Shown here in pieces: positions 38,883 through 48,997 of a stretch of 64,000 nucleotides of DNA. Both the position numbers and the translations under genes were made by a program. Source of the DNA: Alphaproteobacteria bacterium (GTDB taxonomy: Bacteria > Pseudomonadota > Alphaproteobacteria > GCA-2746255). Where the stretch lies: contig OZ252220.1 in assembly GCA_965249135.1 (NCBI GenBank), positions 1,760,001 to 1,824,000 on the forward strand. Reading direction: 5' to 3'. Position 1 is the stretch's first letter. The number at the start of each line of letters is the position of its first letter. The notes below the pieces were generated by a model, which made no database searches, had not been told where the DNA came from, and was given only the letters and a program-made list of their open reading frames with translations.

Positions 38883-39840
38883 ATTTACGAAGCTTCGCGA
38901 GGATCCACTGCTTGTCGAGGGTGTTAGGCATATCGCGGACTTTCTCGAGCCCGAAGATCGCGATCGCGCGATTCGTGAGGCGACCGCCTTCTATGCCGAT
39001 GCGTACGCAAAGGGCCTTTTCTTTACTGAATTGGAAGCACAAGAGCACGGACTGTTGGAGCCAGACGCTCCCGGACGCCAGGTCGAACGAAAGAACAACC
39101 TGATGTATTCGGATATGGGCTGGTTCCTCGAAAGCCGAAGCTTCGAAAAGCTGGTGCGGGGGATATCCGTCTACATCGGGCCGGACATCGACATGTTTCT
39201 TGCCCGGCTGTTGATCGCTGTGCCCCTATGCGACATTCCGAATTACATCCAGCGGCGCTATTTCCCCATGGAGGAGCTGCTGCACGGCTCGATCAATCGC
39301 TTCGTGAAAGACGAGTTTTTGCGCGCCTTCTTTTTCATTCATAATCCATGGCATCAGGATTGGGTCGACATGCCGCGTTCCGACCTGCGATTTATAACCA
39401 CACTTCTACCGATCACAAACCGCCGTGGCGACCAAGCACCGCTTTATATTTTGCCGAAGTCCGCAGCCGTCGAACCGCAGGCAACGCCGATTCCCCATGA
39501 GGAAGACGACGCGACGACGACACTGATGGCTGGGCCCGGCGGCCCACGGCCGTTCGAGAAACGGCGTATGTTGGTCGACCCCGGCGATCTCCTCGCATGG
39601 TCTGCCAGGACTTTCCACAAGGTCGAGCCGAACCTTTCTGCCGAGCCGGCGATCAATCTCCGCTTTAATTTCGCGCCAGCAGGCGCCCGCACCGGCGTAC
39701 GCGACCCGGGAAGCATCCAACGGGTCGGCAGGTCCGCTCTGTCTTATCTGTGTGAGGCAGGCCCGACCGGTCCGGGGACGCCGCCTTTCGTGGCGCATGA
39801 AGAAGATGAATTGGTCGTGACGCGCGAGGGCTATCAGTGA
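38872..39840 (+). CDS. PhyH-like Fe(II)/2OG dioxygenase
   Basis: PWHQD, PGD.L.W...TFH...PN.S facial-triad pattern. Confidence 0.7.
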   Translation: MLVEFTKLREDPLLVEGVRHIADFLEPEDRDRAIREATAFYADAYAKGLFFTELEAQEHGLLEPDAPGRQVERKNNLMYSDMGWFLESRSFEKLVRGISVYIGPDIDMFLARLLIAVPLCDIPNYIQRRYFPMEELLHGSINRFVKDEFLRAFFFIHNPWHQDWVDMPRSDLRFITTLLPITNRRGDQAPLYILPKSAAVEPQATPIPHEEDDATTTLMAGPGGPRPFEKRRMLVDPGDLLAWSARTFHKVEPNLSAEPAINLRFNFAPAGARTGVRDPGSIQRVGRSALSYLCEAGPTGPGTPPFVAHEEDELVVTREGYQ

Positions 39841-40631
39841 GGCGCGTCGTGCATTTTCTCGATGCGGTACAGCATGCCGAGAGCGCGTTCCTGGGAGATG
39901 ACCTCTGCCGTGGCGTCGAACAGGTCGGTGGCGGCGATGGTCCGCAGACCGCTTCCTTCGCCCGGCCGCGAACCACGGTAAAAGCCTCTTTGCCAAAGCA
40001 ACTCACCCATCGGGTTCACGTCGGTCACGACGCCGGCATCGCGATCGCGGACGAGCATCTCGAAGGTGAGGGTGCGTTCGACGCCGTCGAGGTCGATATG
40101 TTGCCCCGTGAAGGGTTTCTTGTAACGGTAAGGCACGTTCAAGCACTGCTCGACGTAATGGTAGAAAGTTATGCTGTGCTGGTCGTCCAGGTCGAGCACG
40201 GCCACCTTTCCCCCTGCTTGGTGAATCAGGGCGAAGGGACTGTCCGTACCGAAGGCGTCGAGGTTGATCCGTCCCTGCAATTCGTCGGTGCAACGGCCGA
40301 AACAGGAAAAGGAATAGAACGGGTGGCCGGTACGGTTGCGGTCGTAGGCCTTGCGCGCGGTTTCGCTCAGGGCGCCCATACCCGATGGAGATGTTCGCAT
40401 GTCGAAGGGGACGCCGTCGGCAAAGTCATATCGGAAGGCGGGAAACAGCAGGCCACCATCCGGGCCGACCGCGCGAAGGAAAGACTGCAGCAGGTCATTC
40501 GTATCGATGCGATGGCCGAAAGCTCTGTAGCGACGGTAGACGCGGTCCACCCGGCTGTGCAGCATAACTAAGTCGCCGCGCTCGATGCCGCTGTCCCGCC
40601 ATTCGCCTACGAGCTGATCGATCTGATCCAT
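39834..40631 (-). CDS. AAC(3)-family (antibiotic_NAT) N-acyltransferase
   Basis: GD.VMLHS, PAF, MGALSE, RTGHPFYSF, FG..SPF, TFYHYVE, VPYRY.K.F; start ATG 40631 or 40652. Confidence 0.88.
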   Translation of the reverse strand: MDQIDQLVGEWRDSGIERGDLVMLHSRVDRVYRRYRAFGHRIDTNDLLQSFLRAVGPDGGLLFPAFRYDFADGVPFDMRTSPSGMGALSETARKAYDRNRTGHPFYSFSCFGRCTDELQGRINLDAFGTDSPFALIHQAGGKVAVLDLDDQHSITFYHYVEQCLNVPYRYKKPFTGQHIDLDGVERTLTFEMLVRDRDAGVVTDVNPMGELLWQRGFYRGSRPGEGSGLRTIAATDLFDATAEVISQERALGMLYRIEKMHDAPH

Positions 40632-40705
40632 TCTGCTTTCCCAAAAAAACATGGCCGCACGATGAAGTCGCCACCGAACCTTAGTGATTTCGAGGCTCCT
40701 GCTCC

Positions 40706-42628
40706 ATGATTATCGCATCTCTCTATCCTTGTCCTTACGACCCGCAGATTCGTCACGATCTAAATGCGGCCTTGATTCGGGATGAGGAGATCTATGCTTA
40801 TGAAGAGGACAAGTTCACCGGGATCAAGAACGAGTACACCGTGCAGTTCCCAGAGCGTAGCCTGATGATGGGCTGCAAAGAGCTGGGCGTGGTGCCGCGC
40901 GATGTCGACATATGGGTGCTTCCGACCCCTCGGGAGACGCCGCGCATGGACATCCAGTTCATGTTCTTTGCCACTCTTATTAAGGCTTACGAAGGAACTT
41001 TCGATGCGTTCGAAGCGTGGTACCGCGACCATATCCGTTTCGTCGACCATCATATCTGTCATGCTTCTGCGGCGATTCACACGTCCGGCTTTGAGGAGTG
41101 TGCGTTCGTCAGTCAGGACGGCGGCGGAGACATGGGTGATCCGCGCGACATGATCTTTGGTGAATTTCTTGATGGGGAGATGCACGTTATCGGGCAGCAT
41201 CAGGGGTTGCAAAATATCTGCTCATATCATGCCTTCGCAACCGACGCCTGCGGCTTTAATGGTGGCGAGAATGGGAAGACGTCCGGTTTAGCCTCCTACG
41301 GCACTGTTCAGCCGAAGCTGCTGGAGCACCTGCGTACCCTGATCCGAGAGGATGGCGATGGGCTGACCTTTGACCGTGAGCGCTACAGTCGCACGCCCGT
41401 GAATCTGAGCAAGGTCCGCCCCCAGGAATATGATCGCAACAAGATTTTCCTTCAGGTTCCGTCCGAGACGAACGTCCTGCGCATGGCGCTCGGGTATCTG
41501 CCCCACGATATAGCCGCCACGGGGGAAGCCCTGCTGCAGGAAGCGTTTCTGAACTTTCTCAAGCGGGTCAAGAAACGTGTTTCCAGCCGGAAAATCGTGT
41601 TCAGCGGTGGCCTGTTCCAGAACGTCGCCTTGAACCGCGCAATTGTTGTCTCCGGCCTGTTCGATGAATATTTTTTCCCGATGGCATCGTCGGATGCCGG
41701 GTTGGCGCTTGGCGCTGCGCTTAAGGTCAAACACGATGTCGCGCGGGCAGCCGGGAAAGTGTCGAACTGGCCGGCGAATGGACCGACGCCTGCTTTCATC
41801 GGGCCATCCTTCCCTGATGCGGAAATTGGAGGGCTGCTCGACCGGTTCCAGCTGCACTACACGCGGAGCGACGATCCATCGGAAGCGGCTGCCGAGATGC
41901 TCAGCGACGGCAACGTGATTGGATGGTTCCAGGGGCGCGCGGAACATGGTCCCCGGTCTCTGGGGGCCCGTTCTATCTTGGCCGACCCGAGATCGCTTCA
42001 GTCGAAGCAGCGGGTAAACCAGCGGCTCAAGCGCCGGGATTGGTTCATGCCCTACGCGCCATCGATTCTCGAGGAGGCCTTCGAGGAGTGGTGCGAGCAT
42101 CCGGTATTTTCGCCCTACATGCAGATTGCGTTCACCGTTCCCGAAGGTTTGCGGGACAAGATCCCGGCGGCAGCCCATGTCGATGGTACGTCGCGTATCA
42201 ATGTCGTGCGGCAAGCGGACAACCCGGCTTACTGGCGGCTGATCGACGGTTTCCGGCGTCGGACCGGTTTGCCGCTGGTCCTCAATACCAGCTTCAATCG
42301 GCATGGCATCCCCACGATCTCATCGCCGCGTCAGGCGATCGAGCACCTGATGGAAGGGTGCATGGATAGTCTCGTGATCGGCAATTTTGTAGTGCGCTTC
42401 GCCGACAATCGAATCACGCTAGAGGTGGAAGAGACGTTGATGGCGGAAGAAGATCTGTTGATCAAGGATTGTATCCGCCGCATCCCCAGCGTTGCGCGAA
42501 TGGGAACCGCGAGGGATCTACAGGACTATCTCGACCGCCTGTCTCGATTGGTCGGCGGCCCGGTTGAAGTCGACGGCGATATGGTCACGATAGCCGATCG
42601 TGGTTCAATCCGTATTGGGACGGCATAG
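40706..42628 (+). CDS. O-carbamoyltransferase (NodU/CmcH family)
   Basis: HD..AA, HH.CHA, DGGGD, GK..GLA.YG, SDAG, FQGRAE.GPR.LG.RS, HVDGT.R, LNTSFN. Confidence 0.92.
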   Translation: MIIASLYPCPYDPQIRHDLNAALIRDEEIYAYEEDKFTGIKNEYTVQFPERSLMMGCKELGVVPRDVDIWVLPTPRETPRMDIQFMFFATLIKAYEGTFDAFEAWYRDHIRFVDHHICHASAAIHTSGFEECAFVSQDGGGDMGDPRDMIFGEFLDGEMHVIGQHQGLQNICSYHAFATDACGFNGGENGKTSGLASYGTVQPKLLEHLRTLIREDGDGLTFDRERYSRTPVNLSKVRPQEYDRNKIFLQVPSETNVLRMALGYLPHDIAATGEALLQEAFLNFLKRVKKRVSSRKIVFSGGLFQNVALNRAIVVSGLFDEYFFPMASSDAGLALGAALKVKHDVARAAGKVSNWPANGPTPAFIGPSFPDAEIGGLLDRFQLHYTRSDDPSEAAAEMLSDGNVIGWFQGRAEHGPRSLGARSILADPRSLQSKQRVNQRLKRRDWFMPYAPSILEEAFEEWCEHPVFSPYMQIAFTVPEGLRDKIPAAAHVDGTSRINVVRQADNPAYWRLIDGFRRRTGLPLVLNTSFNRHGIPTISSPRQAIEHLMEGCMDSLVIGNFVVRFADNRITLEVEETLMAEEDLLIKDCIRRIPSVARMGTARDLQDYLDRLSRLVGGPVEVDGDMVTIADRGSIRIGTA

Positions 42629-42631
42629 GCG

Positions 42632-43933
42632 GTGCCGACGATGAAAATTACTTGCATCGCCCATGCTTGCCTTCTGATCGAGGCAGGTGGATTGAAGATC
42701 CTCACCGATCCATGGATAGCGGGCCCATCTTGGGGCGGTAATTTGTGGGTCTATCCTCCGGCTAAGGTAACACCGGAAGATTTTGATGATGTCGATGTCA
42801 TCTATTTCTCACATGCTCACGAAGACCATTTTCAGCGCGAATGCGTTGAGCGCCTGCCCCAGGCGACCAAGGAAAGGGCGAAGGTTCTGATCCCTGAGTT
42901 CGGCATGCCCTATTTCGAAAAGGCGGTACGGAAGGCCGGTTTCGCAAACGTCACCGTGATGCAGCACGAGGACGTGGCCGACTTTGGCGACGGCGTGCGG
43001 ATGCACATGCAGCTTAACGATCGGGGCGATCATGATTCGTCTCTCGTGATCGAGGCGGACCGCTCGACCTTGTTCCTGCAGACCGATAACATTTTTTCTC
43101 AGGAAGAAGCGAAACGTCTCGGCCAAAAATTCGATGTGGATCTGCTGTTTGCGATCACCGTTCTCACCGGCATCTATCCGGCATTCTGCGACATGCCGGC
43201 GGATCGGATGATCGAGCATGCGAGGCAGAAACGCGAATGCTCGATCGCCTATGCATTAGATGTGACGCGCGCCCTCGGCGCAAAGGCGGTCGTCCCCTAC
43301 GCATCCGACCTGTGCTATCTAGACCATCTTTTTCACATCAACGCGTTGCATCACCACGACAAGGCGGGATTTCTGGCCAGGGTCGTGAGCGAATTGCCGG
43401 CAACCGAGGGCATCCGTATGACGCCCGGCGACTTGCTGGAGCTGAAAGGCGGTCATATCGTGGATCGTTCGTTGGCGGACGCGGAGGATCGAGTCGAAAA
43501 ACTCGCTACCTTCGCCATCGAGATGCAGGAGCGCTACGATCGTTCCTGGCGGGAAGAGCATTCCAGGACGACGCCGCCTTTTGCAACACTGGTGGAGGCG
43601 TTGTCCAACGCCCTGTCGAACGCCGTAGGGAATTGGACACACGCGCCCTATCGGGTGCTTTGGCGGGTGCAGGATGAGGATGGAAGCCGGCGCGCGATCG
43701 GGCATGTGGCGGGCTCGGCGGCGCAGGCGGCGGACGACGCGTGGCCGTATGACCTCAGGATCGATGTCCCCGCCTTTCGCTTGCGGCGGTTGGCGCATGG
43801 CGATTACCCGATGGGGTTTCTGACGCTTCAGAATGGCGGGATACGTTTCCACCGGCATGTGGACGGGCTGACCGCGCCGGAACGGGCTTACTGGCAGGCA
43901 CTTCTGCGCCTTCGTATTCCGTTGCAGGTGTGA
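42632..43933 (+). CDS. Metallo-beta-lactamase-fold protein (UlaG/CMAH/NamH-like)
   Basis: HAC, TDPWI.GP, SHAHEDH, DSS, D, PYA motifs; no N-terminal Rieske motif. Confidence 0.75.
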   Translation: MPTMKITCIAHACLLIEAGGLKILTDPWIAGPSWGGNLWVYPPAKVTPEDFDDVDVIYFSHAHEDHFQRECVERLPQATKERAKVLIPEFGMPYFEKAVRKAGFANVTVMQHEDVADFGDGVRMHMQLNDRGDHDSSLVIEADRSTLFLQTDNIFSQEEAKRLGQKFDVDLLFAITVLTGIYPAFCDMPADRMIEHARQKRECSIAYALDVTRALGAKAVVPYASDLCYLDHLFHINALHHHDKAGFLARVVSELPATEGIRMTPGDLLELKGGHIVDRSLADAEDRVEKLATFAIEMQERYDRSWREEHSRTTPPFATLVEALSNALSNAVGNWTHAPYRVLWRVQDEDGSRRAIGHVAGSAAQAADDAWPYDLRIDVPAFRLRRLAHGDYPMGFLTLQNGGIRFHRHVDGLTAPERAYWQALLRLRIPLQV

Positions 43934-43949
43934 CGGCGGAGAATTCGCA

Positions 43950-45605
43950 GTGCCCAATGGCAATTTCATTTCGAACTGGTACCGACAGCGCGCGAGAGCG
44001 CGGGCGCGGGCGTTTCTCCGGACGCATCGCGCCATTTTACGGGCCACGCTCGACCTGGAAAATCATCGCCTCGCCGGATTGCTGGAGGATGCCGGGCCAC
44101 CCGTACCGGACGACGCATTGAATGACTTCGCACCAGAGGCATACCGCGAGGCAGCGAAGACGTGTTTGCGGCAGCGCTGTCTGACCATGAATTTCAGCTT
44201 CCTGCTCGCCGAAACGGGGAAACATTTGGTCGTCCCCGGGATGCCACTGGTGATGCCTGTCTCGAAGCGCTGGCGCGCGCATCTTCGTGGGCAGGGGCTC
44301 GCCATTTCCGCACAGTCGCGGGTGCGCTTCGCCATCGTCGTTCTTGACGGCTTGATCGCAGGTCTTCGCGCCACACGTCTGTTGATTCTCGCGCAAAGGC
44401 GCGGCTGGCAGGCCGTTCCGCCGGCACCCGGGCATCACGTATTCGTAGGCGTTGGTCCGGGCAACCTGCCGGACCCGTCCGGACGGGAAGAAAGGCGCAA
44501 TCTTCACAACTGGTACCAAGCCTATTACGGGCTCGAGAAAGACTACCCGTTCGTAGCGGAGAATCGCGGAATTGATGAGCCGCAATGGTACGGCACAAAA
44601 GGCGTGATGACGCCGCGGCAGTTTCCGCCGCTCGATCCTGCAAACCGCCGGAAATTTATGCGCGCGGCGATTGGTCTGATGAGGCAAGCGGTTACCGGGG
44701 TGCTCTGCGGGCGATGGTGGCACGCCATTCTGCTGGCGGACGCGGTGGAACTGGCCTATTTCCGGGCGATCCCCGCCAATTGTCTGGCGCACCGCTACGT
44801 GTTCCATGCAGGGAACTGTCTGGTCAGGCCATTGTGGACCTATGATGCAGAGGCACGCGGCTGTGCCGTCGTCAATGCCTTCTATTCCGCGAATTTCATA
44901 ACATTCACGCCAAATCCCAATATTCAGCCGGCGCGAACGCTTGCCTTGTCGGCCATGTCCTGGCCGGAGATGATCTGCCTCGACAGGGAATCGCGGAACG
45001 CCCTGATCGATTACGGTCTCTCGGCTGATACGGTGACGATCAGCGATATCCCCATCGATTTCTATGACGATGGCTTCCCATTGCCGGTAGTCGACGGCCC
45101 AGTAGTCGTGCTGTTCGATGTCACGCCATACCGGTCCTATTTCAAAGCATCGCGCGGCGTTCATAACGCCTATTACACGGCCGAGACCTGGATGCGCTTT
45201 GTCGACGACGTTGTCGAGAGCGCCAAGCGGCACGGGTGGACCGTTGCCCTGAAAGCCAAGCGGCAGAAGGACCAATTCAATGCGCCAGCCTACCAGCGTC
45301 ACGTCGAGCGGCTGGCGGTGGATCCGAATGTCGTGCTCATGGAGGCTGGCATCGGCGCATCGCGGGCGATGACAATCGCCGATGCGGTCATATCGATGCC
45401 CTTCACGTCGCCGTCTCTGATCGCGGCGCGACAAGGCCGTCCAAGCGTCTTCTACGATCCCGGTGGAAAACTTTCCCATTACAAATCTTTGGCGCGCGGG
45501 TTGCCAATGTTGGCAAACCAGTCGGAACTCGATGCTTGGTTCCGGTCGCTCGACACCAAGGCCACGGACCCAGAACCGTGTTCAACCTCCACGCTTCAGG
45601 TCTGA
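43950..45605 (+). CDS. Polysaccharide biosynthesis PFTS-motif protein
   Basis: C-terminal FDVTP, K.KR, ISMPFTS, S.FYDP. Confidence 0.75.
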   Translation: MPNGNFISNWYRQRARARARAFLRTHRAILRATLDLENHRLAGLLEDAGPPVPDDALNDFAPEAYREAAKTCLRQRCLTMNFSFLLAETGKHLVVPGMPLVMPVSKRWRAHLRGQGLAISAQSRVRFAIVVLDGLIAGLRATRLLILAQRRGWQAVPPAPGHHVFVGVGPGNLPDPSGREERRNLHNWYQAYYGLEKDYPFVAENRGIDEPQWYGTKGVMTPRQFPPLDPANRRKFMRAAIGLMRQAVTGVLCGRWWHAILLADAVELAYFRAIPANCLAHRYVFHAGNCLVRPLWTYDAEARGCAVVNAFYSANFITFTPNPNIQPARTLALSAMSWPEMICLDRESRNALIDYGLSADTVTISDIPIDFYDDGFPLPVVDGPVVVLFDVTPYRSYFKASRGVHNAYYTAETWMRFVDDVVESAKRHGWTVALKAKRQKDQFNAPAYQRHVERLAVDPNVVLMEAGIGASRAMTIADAVISMPFTSPSLIAARQGRPSVFYDPGGKLSHYKSLARGLPMLANQSELDAWFRSLDTKATDPEPCSTSTLQV

Positions 45606-45617
45606 AAGTTCGTTACT

Positions 45618-46871
45618 GTGGCGAGGACGTTGGCTGTTGTCGCGCTTTCGGATTCGAGCCGCGTTGATCTCGAGTGGATCCTTCCGTTGATCGACGAACT
45701 GATCGAAGCGGGCGACAGGATAGAGGTATTCGATTTCACGCCCATGGACAGAAACGACCGCTCGTCCTACGGGATGCGGTCACTGCGTCATGTCCTTGGA
45801 CGCTGGCCGCGACGATATGCCGATCTGGAGTCAATCCCTTCGGTCGTTGCCCGATTTCTCGACCGGCTGAGGGCAAGCGCAAGTGTTGCGGTGGCCCGGA
45901 TCGGTGCGTTCTACTTCAGCCCTAAATCACCGCTGGAACGTATTGTTCCATTATCCAAATGGCGAAAGCGTACCCGGGTACGGGCTCTGGAACGACTCTT
46001 CGACGACTGTAGCGGATTGTTCGTCGGGTTGCGCGCGGAGGAATGGGTGGATGGTACGGGTGAGTCGGAGTTGATAGAGGCTGCGCGCGCTCGCGGTGTC
46101 CCAGTCATCGGTTATCCTCCGGTGGTCGACCATGAAATCCCGCATCGGCAACTGATGGCATGCGACATTGCATTGGCCAACACGCCACAGCAAGCGGCCG
46201 CGTGGGCAAAGATTTCAAGCGCGCACATTGTCTCGGTCACGCCGCCGATTTTCACGCAGCGCTGGCTGACCCGGCTTGAAGCCATTCAACGTGCCATGCT
46301 GGGCGACTGCGACGTGCCGAGCGGGTGCAACTCGGCCCTGGTCATCCTCAAGAACGATAATTCCATCGTTTGGACTGGTCTTGATTTCCACGAGACGGCG
46401 AGCGAAATGCTGACGGTACTGCTCGATGCCAGCATGCATCTCTTGATCAAGCCGCATCCACGGCAAAGTCCGGAGGCGTTGAAGCGACTGCTCGGTCCGA
46501 TCGATCGCACGCGGTACACCCTTATCGACGGTCCTTTGGCGTATTGGGCGCGACGGGCCGATCTCGTGGTGTCGTTGTTCTCCGGCGGTGTTCTGGATTG
46601 TCTCGCCGTGGGTAGGGTCGCCGTTCTTTATTGGCCGATGACGGCGTCCTATCTGGAGAAGATCAAGGAAGGTGAGGTAACGGATGTCTATATTCGGAAC
46701 CGCAGCGGCGGCGCGCTTAGCACCAAATATCGTGATTTCTGTTTCGAGGTAACCGACCTCGTTTTCAAGCTCCCTCCGATAACCGATATGGCATCGCGGC
46801 TGGCTACATTTCGGAAGCATTACCCTGCGGCGGAAAATTGCCGTGCGATACGCGAGTTGATTGCGCGCTGA
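45618..46871 (+). CDS. Hypothetical GT-B-like protein (possible glycosyltransferase)
   Basis: Fills the operon slot; C-terminal LIKPHPRQ ... ADLVVS..SG..LDCLA.G pattern typical of GT-B nucleotide-binding domains. Confidence 0.55.
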   Translation: MARTLAVVALSDSSRVDLEWILPLIDELIEAGDRIEVFDFTPMDRNDRSSYGMRSLRHVLGRWPRRYADLESIPSVVARFLDRLRASASVAVARIGAFYFSPKSPLERIVPLSKWRKRTRVRALERLFDDCSGLFVGLRAEEWVDGTGESELIEAARARGVPVIGYPPVVDHEIPHRQLMACDIALANTPQQAAAWAKISSAHIVSVTPPIFTQRWLTRLEAIQRAMLGDCDVPSGCNSALVILKNDNSIVWTGLDFHETASEMLTVLLDASMHLLIKPHPRQSPEALKRLLGPIDRTRYTLIDGPLAYWARRADLVVSLFSGGVLDCLAVGRVAVLYWPMTASYLEKIKEGEVTDVYIRNRSGGALSTKYRDFCFEVTDLVFKLPPITDMASRLATFRKHYPAAENCRAIRELIAR

Positions 46872-46907
46872 CGAAGGACGGATTGCAGCATGCGGGAATG
46901 TCATGAC

Positions 46908-47894
46908 ATGAGACTGGGGATTGTCGGGGCAGGGGCGGTGGCGCTGGACCATGCCGCGGTCGCCGAAGCGCTAGGTGTCAGGATCGTTGCGGCAAGCACG
47001 CTAAGTATGCAGTCGCCACGCTGGGCCGCGTTCAAGATCGCACATCCCGACTGCAAATTCGAGCCGGACCCGGCCGCCATGGCTAAGCGCAGCGACGTCG
47101 ATGCGATCGTTCTCTGCCTGCCTTGGAAAACCCAAGTCGAGTGGCTGGAGTGGGGACTTTCGATGCCGAAGCCGGTGCTGATCGAAAAGCCGATAGCTCT
47201 TACAGAACAAGCGCTTAGTGTCGGACTCGCCCGCAACCGCGCTACCTTGTCGGGGAAACTGGTAGGGTACAACCGGCGTTACTATCGAACCGTTGCCCGG
47301 CTTGCTCAACGTCTCGAGCAAGGCGGCCTACGGGCGGCGGATATCACGATTTCGGAAGATATCGCACGGCTCGTACAGCGACGCGGAAACAATATGCCGC
47401 TTTTTTCGATGGAATATTCGGGTTGTCACTTGATCGATCTCGCGGTCCATTTGTTCGGTCGGCTCTCCGTGGTGCATATGACATGCTATCCGGAAGAACA
47501 CGACGGGGTCTCCTTCGAGGATTACAATGGATTGCTCGAAACGCAATCGGGAGTTCCCGTGGCATTCTTCAACAACGCAAACGACCCGAGCCGCGTCGGC
47601 ATTCGCTGTAAGTTCGATGACGGATCCTTCTGGCACCTCACGCCGTCCGAGATACTGACGGTTTACCAAGGCTACGACATCATCGAACGCAACCCCGATT
47701 GCCAAGTCCGGCAGTATTCGCCCCGTGAGACGGAACGGATGATCGAAGACGCGACGTATCGGCCTGGATTCTTGGCACAGATGCGCGCCTTCCTGACGGG
47801 GGACGTTGGGCCGGGCTGCACGCCGGAAATGGCATTAGGGCCGCTTGAACTCATCGGCGCCATCAAGAGCCAGGCCAAGGACATTCGCGCATGA
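46908..47894 (+). CDS. Gfo/Idh/MocA-family oxidoreductase
   Basis: GIVGAG, LIEKP, VGYNRR, H.ID; start 46908 or 46890. Confidence 0.88.
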   Translation: MRLGIVGAGAVALDHAAVAEALGVRIVAASTLSMQSPRWAAFKIAHPDCKFEPDPAAMAKRSDVDAIVLCLPWKTQVEWLEWGLSMPKPVLIEKPIALTEQALSVGLARNRATLSGKLVGYNRRYYRTVARLAQRLEQGGLRAADITISEDIARLVQRRGNNMPLFSMEYSGCHLIDLAVHLFGRLSVVHMTCYPEEHDGVSFEDYNGLLETQSGVPVAFFNNANDPSRVGIRCKFDDGSFWHLTPSEILTVYQGYDIIERNPDCQVRQYSPRETERMIEDATYRPGFLAQMRAFLTGDVGPGCTPEMALGPLELIGAIKSQAKDIRA

Positions 47895-48997
47895 AGACAC
47901 GTGGATCAAATTCCAAGGAAAAGACGATCAACGTCGCACCGCCAATCGCAACCTTGCGCGAGGCGCGCGAACGGGCCCGTTCGCTGGTGCCGCCGCAGGC
48001 ATGGGACTGGTTGGAATGCGGCACGGAGCGCGAGTGGACACTCGCCGCCAACGGCGAAGCCTATCAGCGGTATTTTCTGCAACAGCGGGTCTTGCGCGAT
48101 GTCACAAACGTCGCGACGGGTCGCCGTTTTCTTGGTACGAAGCTTCCGATCCCCTTGATCGGCGCGCCGCTCGGTGGGATGACACAATATCACCAGGACG
48201 GCGAGATCGCGCTTGCCCAGGGCGGTCACCTCGCCTCGACAATCACGTCAATCAGCACCATGTCGCGGTTGCGGATCGAGGAAATCAGGGAAGCCGCACC
48301 CAAGGCGGCCTTGATCTATCAGGTCTATTTCCAGGGGCCGGACGAATGGCTTGAAGAGGAAGTGGCGCGCGCCAAAGCCGTCGGGGTCAAGGCGCTGTGC
48401 CTTTGCGGCGATGCGCCGGTTCGGACCGTGCGCTATCGCGATCGGGAGAACCGGTATGACGCGCGCAGATTCGGTCGTCGGACCAATGCACCGCCGCCCA
48501 GCCACGCGCTAGGCGCCCGTGCGACGTGGGACTACGTGGCATGGTTCAAGCGGCAGGTCGATGTGCCTGTGATCGTAAAAGGCATCGTCTGTGCGGCCGA
48601 TGCAGAGCTGGCGCTGGGGCATGGCGCCGACATGATCTGGGTGAGTAACCACGGGGGCAGAGTGCTCGACTCGGGGCTCGCGTCGCTCGACGTCCTGCCG
48701 GAAATCCGGGCTGCGGTCGGCAAGAAGGCCACGATCATATTCGATGGCGGTATTCGGACCGGTTCCGATATCCTGAAGGCGCTGGCCCTCGGCGCGGATG
48801 TCGTTGCCGCCGGACGCCCGGTCGTCTATGGCCTTGCGGTGGACGGGGCGGCTGGTGTCGCGCGGGTCCTTGAGTTGTTCGCCGAGGAATTCCGATCTGC
48901 GATGGCAATGTGCGGGGTTACTCGCCTTGAGCGGATCGGGCCGGACATCCTGCGGACGCGGCCAGACGCCGAAACGCTGTTAAATCTTTTGCGCTGA
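47891..48997 (+). CDS. FMN-dependent alpha-hydroxy acid oxidase/dehydrogenase family
   Basis: QVY, VKG, SNHGGR, DGGIRTG.D..KALALGA, GRP. Confidence 0.92.
   Translation: MKTRGSNSKEKTINVAPPIATLREARERARSLVPPQAWDWLECGTEREWTLAANGEAYQRYFLQQRVLRDVTNVATGRRFLGTKLPIPLIGAPLGGMTQYHQDGEIALAQGGHLASTITSISTMSRLRIEEIREAAPKAALIYQVYFQGPDEWLEEEVARAKAVGVKALCLCGDAPVRTVRYRDRENRYDARRFGRRTNAPPPSHALGARATWDYVAWFKRQVDVPVIVKGIVCAADAELALGHGADMIWVSNHGGRVLDSGLASLDVLPEIRAAVGKKATIIFDGGIRTGSDILKALALGADVVAAGRPVVYGLAVDGAAGVARVLELFAEEFRSAMAMCGVTRLERIGPDILRTRPDAETLLNLLR

Noticed and set aside
39834-40631. Aminoglycoside resistance gene
   Set aside because: Family membership only; the context is glycan biosynthesis and there is no mobile element.
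44037-45479. 480-aa minus-strand ORF (likewise 41288-42304 and 56597-57508)
   Set aside because: Antisense shadows of well-supported + strand genes in GC-rich DNA; no recognisable motifs.
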